In this document: positions 47,501 through 59,500 of the stretch, piece by piece | Numbering within the stretch: the stretch's first letter is position 1 | Layout of the letters: each line of letters begins with the position of its first letter | IMG/VR virus record: IMGVR_UViG_3300013093_000020 | DNA: 64,000 nt | Source of the DNA: a virus | Reading direction: 5' to 3' (one strand) | Position numbers and translations under genes: made by a program | The notes under the pieces: generated by a model | Seen by the model: only the letters and a program-made list of their open reading frames with translations | Told to the model about the DNA's origin: nothing | Databases searched by the model: none

Positions 47501-50500
47501 TTGTACCTAGATACTAGTTTAATTAACCCTGTGATGGTAATCCAGGGGCATGATGGTAGTCAAATACTTGCTTACGGTGATTATAGAGATAATTTAATTT
47601 TAGAATTAGAAAAAAGAATTTTCAATAATATCAAAGTAAAATATGATCCAACAATATTTGATATACATGATCTAATTCCCGGGTATACTAGAAACACAGA
47701 CTATACTTTAGATGAATTTAATGAAATACTTGCACCATATTTTTATAAATGGGCTACACTAGTTGATAAAGATTTTACAACTCCATTAAGTTTTGATAGA
47801 AATAACCCATTAACTTTTAATTATAAAGGTCATTATGCTCCCGATGGCCGACCAGTTCCAGGTTATTGGAGAGGAATTTATCGTTGGTTGTTTGACACAG
47901 ACCGTCCTAACTTATGTCCTTGGGAAATGTTAGGATTTACCATCGAACCTGTATGGTGGAATTCAGTATATGGACCTGCACCATATACTAGTGATAATTT
48001 AGTTTTATGGCAAGATATTGCCAATGGTGTAGTTAGAGATCCATCTGCTGCACCTTATGTAATTACGAAATTTATTCGTCCTTGGTTAATTAAACACATT
48101 CCTGTTGACAGTCAAGGAAATATACTTAGTCCGTACGATGCCGGTGTTGCCCAGGGCACTATAACTTATGATACTGCTGGCGATTATATATTCGGAGATG
48201 TAAGTCCTGTAGAGGCGGCATGGCGTAGAGGAAGTTATTATCCATTCGCTGTATTACTAGCATCTTTATTACTACAGCCTGCTAAAACAATCGGAACACT
48301 ATTAGATCGTTCAAGAATAGTAAGGAATTTATCTGGCCAATTAGTTTATTCTGACACAGATAACAGGATTAACCCAGGTTCGATTGAATTACCTGGCTTA
48401 TATAATAGTATTTCTACTACCAGGACCGCTGGAATAATAAATTATGCTATTAACTATGTATTGGGAGATAGCGTAATTAAGTACAACTCTTATGCTTACG
48501 ATTTATCTAATATTAATACAAATTTAACTTACAGGATTGGAGCATTCACCAGTAAAGATCAATTTAATATTATATTAGATTCGAGAACCCCATTGAGTAC
48601 GAGTAGTAGTGTTTTTGTTCCTCAAGAAAATTATGATATAGTATTAAATTCGTCAAGCCCTATAACTAAAATTAATTATAGCGGCGTTATTGTAACAAAG
48701 TTAACAGATGGTTATACTGTTTCTGGTTACATCTTAACTAATCCTTACTTTGAATATTATGATTATCAAGGTACCGGTATATCAGTTAATGTCGGTGGAG
48801 TGAGCCACTCCTATCTAGTATGGCATCCAAAGCAAACCTATGCCCCAGGAAATATTATTCAATATAATGGACAATATTATTCAGTATTGTCCTTGCACAC
48901 TACTATTGAAATATTCCAATCTCAGTATTATTCAGTTTTAGGAGCTTTACCAGTCACTGGCGGAGTTAATGCTTATTTTAAAAATACCTGGGACAAATCA
49001 AAAGTAATTAAAGTTCCTTATGGGACAAAATATAGTCACATACAAGATGTGGTAGACTTTTTGCTTGGATATGGTGAATACTTAAAAGATCAAGGATTTA
49101 TTTTTGATGAATATAATAATAATCTTAATGCTATATCTAATTGGGAAACAAGTACTAAAGAATTTATGTTCTGGACTACACAAAATTGGAGTACTGGAAT
49201 AGACAAGTGGCAAGAATGGTCTCCCACACAAACTATTAATTATAATTCTATAGTGAGATATGATGGTGATTATTATCAAGCATTACAGACAATCCAACCG
49301 GGAGATGCAACACCTAATACTAATAGCCACTATATAAAATTAGATGGATTAAGCACAGTAGGAAGTAGTGTTATAAGTCTAAGTCCAGCAGCAAATAAAA
49401 TAACCTTCAATGTACCATTGGCAGTTGTTGATGATATTACTAATCAATTCAATGGTTATGGAATTTACAAAGTTGATGGAACTGAATTTGATTTTCAATC
49501 TTTGTCATCATTTCGAAACGGCAATATAGTAACTTACACTCCCGATAACAATGACGGGATATACGGTGCTACTTTTTATCTAATACAGCAGGAACAAATT
49601 GTTATTATAGATAACAGTACAATGTTCGGTGACATTATCTATAATCCAGAAACTGGATATAGACAAGAACGATTAAAAATATCTAGTTATGTTACTGTAG
49701 GCTGGTATGGCGGATTTGATGTTCCTGGATTTATTATAGATCGAGCACAGATTAAAAATTGGGAATCTTATCAAGATTACAGTCTAGGTGATATTGTATT
49801 ATATCAACAATTTTATTATACAGCTAATAAATTTTTATCAGGCTCACAGTCATTTGAAGTTACAGCCAGTAACGGATCGGCAAATTGGATTAGATTAAAA
49901 TCTAAGCCACAACCGAAATTGATTCCAAACTGGACATACAAGGCTACCCAATTTACAGATTTTTATAGCCTTGGTGGAGATAATTTTGATACAAATCAAC
50001 GCTCAGTTGCTCAACATTTAATCGGTTATCAGAAAAGACAATACTTGAATGATATTATACAAGACGATGTAAGCGAATTTAAATTTTATCAGGGAATGAT
50101 ATATGAAAAAGGAACACAAAATGTTCTTAATAAATTATTCGATGTACTAAGTTCTGATAACCTAGAAAGTTTAAATTTCTATGAAGAATGGGCCGTTCGT
50201 GTTGGACAGTACGGTAGTTCTAATGCGTTTAATGAAATAGAATTTATTTTAGATGAATCTAAATTTATTACAACCCCGCAAGGATTTGAGTTATTACCGT
50301 CAGTAACTCAATCATACAAAGATTTTATCATAAGATTATCTCCTAAAGACATTTATCTTCCACCTTCTTCATACGATAGCAATCCTTGGCCGTTAATAAC
50401 AAATTACCAAAGTTTTCTAAGAAGCGCAGGTTATGCAAGATTAGACGAAGTAGCAGTTACTCTGAATTCTTTAAGTGACATAACATCTCAGAATATTAAT

Positions 50501-53500
50501 AATTTTAACGAGGGTGATTATGTTTGGTGCGGTTTTGAAAATATAAGTTGGAACATTTATAGATTAGTAAGGACAAATATTAGAGTTTCTAATATTCTTT
50601 ATAGCAATAGTGTTCTAACAATATCTACTACAAAAGATTTAGGATCAATAGTTGCTGGATCCTATATAGGTTTGAAAGAAACCGGAATAGTGGACATTAA
50701 CGGAACTTATGTGAATTCATTTGATGGGTTTTATCAAGTAAGTTCTGTTACAAATAGTACAATGACTATTAATGTTTCTTTGCCTAAACAACCATCTAAT
50801 CCTTTTACAGGGCAAGCAGACATTGTACTGTTTACTTTTTTAAGTCATCGTGCATCAAGTATTGATGTTCTTGACCAGGTAGTTACACCTGATTTGAAAT
50901 CTGGCGAGCTGGCATGGACTGACGACAACGGTAACGGCCTTTGGAGCACATGGCAAAATAATCCAGTATATGATGCATTTGAAGTAGCAAGCCCCTCAAC
51001 ATCAACTGGTTTAGGATTTGGATCATCTGTTGCTATAAGCCAACAAGGCAATATTCTAGCCACAACTAGCAACTCTGGCGAGTTGATAATATACACAAAA
51101 ATTAATTCAAACGCCCCATGGCAAATTAAGCAAGGTATTTTTATACCGTCCGGACTTATTGCACCTTATACCTTAGCATTATCGCCAGATAGTATATGGC
51201 TAGCAGTGGGCGTTCCGAGTGCAGCAAATGGCCAAGGTACTGTATTACTATATGAACAAGATAGTAATAAAATTTTTAATCTAAAAGATACTGTAGTAAG
51301 TCCTAATCCGACTAACGGTGAAAATTTTGGATCAAATATACAATTTAGACAAACTTCCCCAGCCAGCTCTAACAATTACAAATACTATACACTATTTGTG
51401 GGAGCTTCTGGTCACGGGTCCGGAACAGGCATTGTATATACAATTGATTATCAACAAGTTATACAGGCTTCTGCTATATATGACCCGAGCAATAGCAGTG
51501 ACGGGGCGGTTACTAATATTATTGTTACTAATCCGGGACAACACTACAGTACAAATCCACCGCCAACAGTATATATAACAGCGCCGACAGGAAATGTTCG
51601 TTCACAGGCCACAGCTTCTGCAACAACAGCGATTGTATCTGCTACTGTATATTCAACAATTGATTCCAACGGAATCAAATTATACTATGGCGGATCTGGA
51701 TACAATCTTGGAGATAAACTAAAAATTAATGGCGGAGTAACAAGCGGGTCATATGCTATACTAGAGGTAGTAGATGTAAATTTAGATCCAGGATCTACAC
51801 AATATGCTGTAGGCGGGATTAAATCAGTAGTTGTTAATTCATACGGTAATTATATTGCTTTCCCTTCGGGAATAGTACCAACAACTAATCTGACCGGTTC
51901 TGGTAGCGGCGCAGAATTTTTATTAGATACCGGAGTCATATCAGTTCAAATTACAAATCCAGGTAATGGTTATAGCCAGCCTCCTACAATTAGATTCTTA
52001 GGTGGTGGTGCTGGTGCCGAAGCTTACGGACTGATCGGCACTGCTGTAGTATTATCTAGTGTAAGCGGGATAGCACCGGGCATGATAATTTCTGGTACAG
52101 GATTTGTTAGCGGGCAAAAAGTATTACAGACCATAAATTCTTCTAGTACTGTAATTTTATCTGGAGCTCCTGATAGTACACCTAGCGGTGTAATGAACTT
52201 TATTATACCAGAATGGAATCATGCAGGAATAGGATCAATTATAGCCCCGTCGGGTATCGGCTTTGGAGCATCTTTAAAATCATGTTTATCGACCCTGGTA
52301 GTGTCTGCACCCGGCTCATATGGTATTGCTGGCAAAGTATTCGTTTATACAAACATTGATTCGGGTTACACATCACCTAGCCTAATTACTAATAATATTC
52401 AATATTTTGGATCTAGTATAGATTTGTCATCAGATGCTAAGTGGCTAGCGATAGGGTCGCCGTATGATTCTGACACATATCTAAACCAAGGTTCAGTCAA
52501 TGTCTATAACTTATCAAACTTGACGACTGTGTATCAAAGAATTCTAAGTAACAAGGCAGAGAAGAATGAATTATTTGGTATAAAATTAGGTTGGATGAAT
52601 AACAATCAAACTTTGGCAATTTATAGTGCAGGAGCAGATTCAGTAGTAGATGAAACCTTTGATGGGAATTCTACAAAATTTGATAGTGCGTTTACAAAAT
52701 TTAGAATTACAATTTTAGGAGATGGTAGGGTTGATATTTACGATAAATATAATAAGAATTATATTTTCAGTGAAAGCCTAGCTAATATTGCAGATATAGA
52801 TAGTTCGAGCGGAACGCCAACTTATACTGGTAGAAACTCTGCATATGGATCTGGATTTACAGTAGGAACTAATATTGTAGTTGTGGGTGCCCCGTCGGCA
52901 ATAGTTAATCATGTTCTTCAAGGTAGAATATTTTCATATAGTAAGGCGCCTAAGGTATTAAGTTGGAAAATTTTACATACTGAAATAGCTAAAACTGATT
53001 TAACAAAGATAAAAAGAGCATTCATTTATAATAGAGTGTCTAATAAAGTTGTTACATATTTGGATGTAATAGATCCATTACAGGGAAAAATACCGGGCCC
53101 CGCCGAGCAAGAAATAACATATAAGACATTTTATGATCCTGCGTTGTATTCGGTTAGTGATGTTACAGGAGTCAATGTGAATCCGGGACAGGCATGGGGC
53201 AAGGCACAAGTTGGAACACTATGGTGGGATTTAAGAACTGCTAAATTTATAGATAGTCATGATGATGATATAATATATAGAACTAGCAGTTGGGCTACCC
53301 TATTTCCTGGAGCTAGCATTGATATCTATGAATGGGTGCAAACAACTTATACCCCTAGTCAATGGAATGCTTTAGCAGACACTATTGCCGGCCTAGCGGT
53401 CAATATCAGCGGTCAAAGTTTGTACGATAACAATACATATTGTCTGGTGAAAAAATACGACAATATTAGTAAAACTATAAAAAATATATATTATTTCTGG

Positions 53501-56500
53501 GTAAAGAACAAAGCCGTAGTTCCTAAATTGCCTAATAGAACAATACCTGCAAGTGGAGTGGCCCAGCTTATCGGTAAGCCAGAAACTTATGGCTACAGTT
53601 TTTTAGCTCTAACCGGATCAAACAGTTTTAGTTTATTTTTAAATGATGTAAAAACAACTGTGAAAGGTACTAATTCAGTACTTAGTGTACAATATTGGAC
53701 TATTGATAATCCTAAAACAGCTAACATACATAGACAATATGCGATTATAAATGATAATCCCAATACTATTTTACCTTCTAAAATAGAACAAAAATGGTTT
53801 GATAGCCTATGCGGAAAGGATCAGAATGACAACGATGTCCCTGATATTTCCCTCCCATTAAAATTACAATATGGCGTAGAATTCAAACCTCGTCAAAGTA
53901 TGTTTGTAAATCGTATCGAAGCCTTGAAACAACTTATTGAGCAAGTAAATCGATACCTGATAACTTATGAAGTTGTAAATCAAAGAGACATTTCGCCTTT
54001 AAATTCATATGATACTCCGCCTGTTTATTCGGGAGCAAATAATACTTTATTTGTACCTAGTGGTCTTTTTGATACCGTTATAGATACTGATGCAGAATTA
54101 GTTTTTATTAATGTTGGTAATTTTACCAAACCTACACTACAGCCTATCATTGTTAATGGTAGAATTACTGGAGTAACTATCGTTGATCCTGGATTTGGAT
54201 ATTTCCAATCGCCTTACATAGAAGTTATGGGTACGGGAACAGGTGCAAAGATTAAAACTGTTGTAACTAATCGTAAAATAACTGGTGTAGAAGTATTATC
54301 AACTGGTGCTGGGTATGATTCTAGCACAAGTTTAATTTTAAGGAATTATTGTGTTTTAGTTCTAAATGATAGTCAAGCAAATAATACTTGGAGCATTTGT
54401 TCCTACGATACAACTAGCCAGACATGGTCAAGAATACAAACTCAAAGATATGATGTTAGAAATTATTGGTCTAAAGTTGACTGGTATGCATCGGGATATA
54501 ATAGTTTCACTGGCATCGATTATTCAGTGAATACTTTTTCTGATTTGAATAATCTGACAACAAATATAGGACAGATAGTTAAAATTAAAAATACGAGCCA
54601 AGGTGGCTGGATATTATTAGAAAAATTTGCTTCAGCAAATAGCGCAGACTGGACACAAAGTTATAAAACTATAGCTGTTGAAAATGGAACTATTCAATTT
54701 AGTTCAGGATTATATAACTTTTCTAATACTGTCTATGGTTTTGATGGAGCATTGTATGATGGTGCAGACTTTGATAATTCAGCAAGCACTGAACTTAGAA
54801 TTATTTTAAACACTATAAAAAATAATATTTTAATAGATGATTTAAAACAAAATTATTTAGATTTATTTTTCTATAGTGTAAGATATATCCTAAGCGAACA
54901 AATAGAAGTTGATTGGATTTTTAAAACCAGTTTTGTAAAAGCACAGCATAATGTGGGAGCATTGAACCAACCAGTAAATTATCAACCTGATAATTTACCA
55001 GATTTTCAAAATTATATTGCCGAAGTTAAACCTTATCGAACAAAGATAAGAGAGTATGTGAGCGATTATACATATACCGATCCTACAAATAGTGCTAGTA
55101 TAGATTTTGATTTGCCACCTATGTACGAAAATGGAAAAATAGTTCCGGTACAAGCTACAGTACAAGATGGTCAGATAATTGTAGATAATGTAGCAATTGA
55201 TTCTAGCGATCCGAGATACTATTGGAAACAAAATGCAGGTTATAAAGTTATTAATCTTGTAATAGTTGATGGCGGTCACGGATACCAATCAGAACCGATA
55301 GTTGAGTTTGTCAGCAATTCTGGAACAGGGGCACAAGCAAGGGCATTTATAGCAAATGGTTCTCTAAGAAATATTATTCTTACTAATACCGATGCCTATG
55401 GAGCATCCGGAAATGGATATTTGTCTGCGCCACTAGTAGTTTTGAATGGCGGATTAATTGATGGTGGTAAACCGGCTAGGGTAGTTGCAATAATTGGCGA
55501 TAGCCCTGTTAGATCTATCAATGTAGGAATTAAATTTGACAGAACTACTTATGGCTATTTCATAACTCAACTGACAGAAACAGAAACATTCATCTCTAAC
55601 GGCACCCAATTACAATTTCCGTTAAAATGGTCACCGAATATAGTTTTAGGTACTAATACAGTTACGATCGATGGACAGCCTGCCTTAAGAAATACATATA
55701 CTCTCACCACAGTTGAATCAACATCTAAAGGTTATAGGAGTTATACCGGATTGCTTACTTTCTTATCAAATGTAACTAAGAATGCAGTGATTGAAATAAC
55801 ATACACAAAGAATTGGAACTTACTAAACGCTGCAGATAGGATTCAATACTACTATAATCCAACAAGTGGTATGCCAGGAAAAGATCTTGCACAACTAATG
55901 ACAGGTATTGATTATGGTGGGGTAGCAGTCACCGGTATCGGATTCGATGTATCATATGGTTGGGATAGTGCTCCTTATTATTCAGATACTTGGGACAATA
56001 GTCAGGTATCATTCAATGACTATGCAGTTATAGTCGGAGCAGGAAATCACCTAATAACACTACCATATGTTCCACCCGGTGGCACTGAGCTTAACATTTA
56101 TTATAAAAAATGGTATGTTGAAACACATACAAGCACTGGTGTAGAAACGACATTTACATACAACATTAGAGTACAGACACCGCAGATAACAGCGACCTTG
56201 ATTAAGCCTTTAAGTTCGTCAAGTTTTACTAATATTGGCGGAAGTAATATATTAACACTTAGCGATACAAATGGCATTGAATTAAATGATATAGTAGCCA
56301 TAACTCCAACATCGGCTAATTCTCTGTTATTAGAAACTTATGTTTCAAACATTAGCGGAAATACTGTTACTTTGTCTGTCAATGATCCTAACACAGGATT
56401 ACCGACCCCAAGTGTATTATATAATACTCAAAACAGTTCTAATTCAATTGCATTTGATACTTCTTATGTTCTTGCTACAGCTACAACAAGTGCCGGAAAT

Positions 56501-59500
56501 ACAATTACTTTAAATTCTACACCAATTACAGCAAATTATGTAAGCGGCGGTGCCTATGTTAACGGTACATATACATTAGTATTAACTAATGTTACAGGTA
56601 CATTACTAGTAGGACAAACTATAATAGGTAATGGATATCTAGCATCACAAAATGTGCAAATAACATCAGTAACTAATACTATTAGTAATGGTATTGCTGG
56701 AGCAATAATTACTGTGAGTGGTACATATCATTCAGTACCCAATGTAGCACCTGCGCAGTTTGTGTTTAGCCCCTTATCGATTGGACAACCTGTTGCATTT
56801 AATAGTAGTTTTGCAAATATTGTTGCAGGCACATTATATTACATTTTATCTATAACTGGCAATACTATTACTGTTAGTGCATCACCATTTACAGACCCAA
56901 CACAGGCTACTCCATTTGTTGTAGGAGCACCAGTTATAACATTAAGTTCTACCTCAAGTATAACTAATTTAATTACAGTGAATGATACATCGACTCTCCG
57001 AGCAGGAACTACAATTATTCCTACAATTACTTTAGGGGGTATGATACAGGGAACACCGTATTATGTAAATTCTGTTATCAACTCAACGACCTTCAACATA
57101 AGCGTACAACCGTTTAGCGGTGTAGTATTCCAGTTAACTGACACCAACAGCCAAAATGTAACCATAAATGTAGGTATAAGTTCTCAACTTTTAAGATTAC
57201 AATTAACCTTAGAGAATACTGCTAATATACCATTAGGGGCCTTAATTACAGGGATTGGATTTAATGGCATAAGTTCAAATACCCAGGTTGTAGCAATAAA
57301 CAATTCAACTAACACAATTACCCTAAGTAAAAATATAACTCAAAATATTCTATCAGGTTCAGTGGTATCATTCAGTTATGCTATTCCCCTAAATTCTTCG
57401 GCAACATTTACAAGAACTATACCTAATGTAATACCTAAATTTGATATTACAGGAAAAGGAGTTATAACTTTATCATCACCCTTGGCTGCCGGAACAGTTG
57501 TTTCGATTGCTAGTTATCTGAATGATGTAAGATTAGATGATCCAAATTATGGAACTAATTTACAAACTAATACAAATGCAGTTATGAACACAGTGTTTGC
57601 AGATAGTATAAATTCTACTATCACTATACCTGCATCTTTTACAGTTAATGACGGTGATGAATTTATTGTAAGACAGTCTACTAGTGACGGAACTGTCAAT
57701 CTACAAACAAATGATTACGATACTGCAATAAGTGGCGGAGATTTAACTTATGGAACTGCGACAGGATTACTTGCAGATGATATTATATTAGATGGTGATA
57801 ATTTAATATCGACAGTTAACAGTTCTGCTCCTGAAGAAGTTATACCGGGACAAGTTTTTGATACTTTAGCTATAAAGGTATTTGAAAAACCTACAACTGC
57901 CACAGCACTCATTCGTACAGATAATTATCTGGCCGACGGTAGCACAACAATATTTGCGATCAGTCAGACACCGAATAGTAAAGCAGCTGTAATTGTAAAA
58001 ACTATACTAGCCGGAGTTCAAACAATTTTAACTTCTGGAACAGATTTTTCAGTTGATTATAGAAATAAACAAATTATTTTAACTAATGCTCCAGCATTGC
58101 ATACTTTAGTATCTATAGTAAGTATTGGTTTCAATGGAGCCAATATTCTTGATATCGATTATTTTGTTGCCGACGGAGTACGAGCTGAATATGTTACTAA
58201 TGTAACTTGGAGACCCAATGTCACGTCAATAGTCTATGTTGACGGTGTAGAATTACCATACGAAATATTCCAAACTGATAATACTTATGTTTCCCCAAAT
58301 CTTATTGGCATTCGCTTCGGCAAAGTTCCTAGCTTACAATCTTTAATTAATTTTGTTATAGTCGATGGTGTCGACCAAACATTTAGTATAGTCAATAAGC
58401 AAAATATTGTACCAGATGGGTCAACTACAGTGTTTAATTTAAACAACATAGTTGGTAATAGCTTACCTGCCGAAACAAATATGTTGGTTCGAGTTGGGCA
58501 AAATATTTTAACTGCTCCTACTACTAGTTACTTTACTTTATCAGTGGGTCAAACAGTTTATGTTTTAGATCCTAACAGAGTGGCTCCTAATTCTATATCA
58601 GCCCAAGACATCGTTGTAACTATTGGCACAATTACTCTTACTCCCGGTATTGATTACTATCTAGATATAAGCGGAGTTTCAGTTGATATATTTGAAAGTG
58701 TCTTAGGAAAGTATTCAGGAAAAACTATGGTTATAAGTGCAAGGACTGATGCTGGATATCTATATATTCCTCCTACCGGTATTTTTGCACCGCAAATAAA
58801 ATTTGCTGTCCCCCCATCAGTTGGTGCAGAAGTTGAAGTTATAAGTTATTACAATCATGATATATTGAATATTGAGAGAAGTACAATAAGTGCTACAGCA
58901 TTATCTGCTTTAACACCTAATACACCGGCATACTATAAATTAAATGGAATTTTAGGGGGAATTATTCCTTTAGATAGATCTGTTATAGATGAAAACTATG
59001 TTTGGGTAATTAAAAATGGAAAATTACTTACACCTAATGTTGATTATGTGCTATATGGTGGTAATCAAAATATAAGATTAGGAACCCCATCAATCGTATC
59101 TGATCAATTTACTATAATAACTTTCGGTGGAACTATTGTTTCTAACGGTGTTGCATATATGCAATTTAAGGATATGCTCAATAGAACAGTTTATAAACGA
59201 TTGAGTCTTAATAAACAGACTACATTAGTTAATGATTTATTCCCAACAGACTTAACTATAACAGTTGTTGATGCTAGTAATTTTGATATACCAAATGTAT
59301 CTAGCAACAAGCCCGGTATAATTGAGATTAGGGGTGAGCGTATTGAATACTTTACATTGAATGGTAATGTGTTAGGGCAACTTCGTAGAGGTACATTAGG
59401 CACTGGAACTCCGGCTATACACAAAGCTGGCTCGTATGTACAAGACATAGGTTCGGGATCTACCATTCCATATATAGATACTATAACTACTGACCAAACA

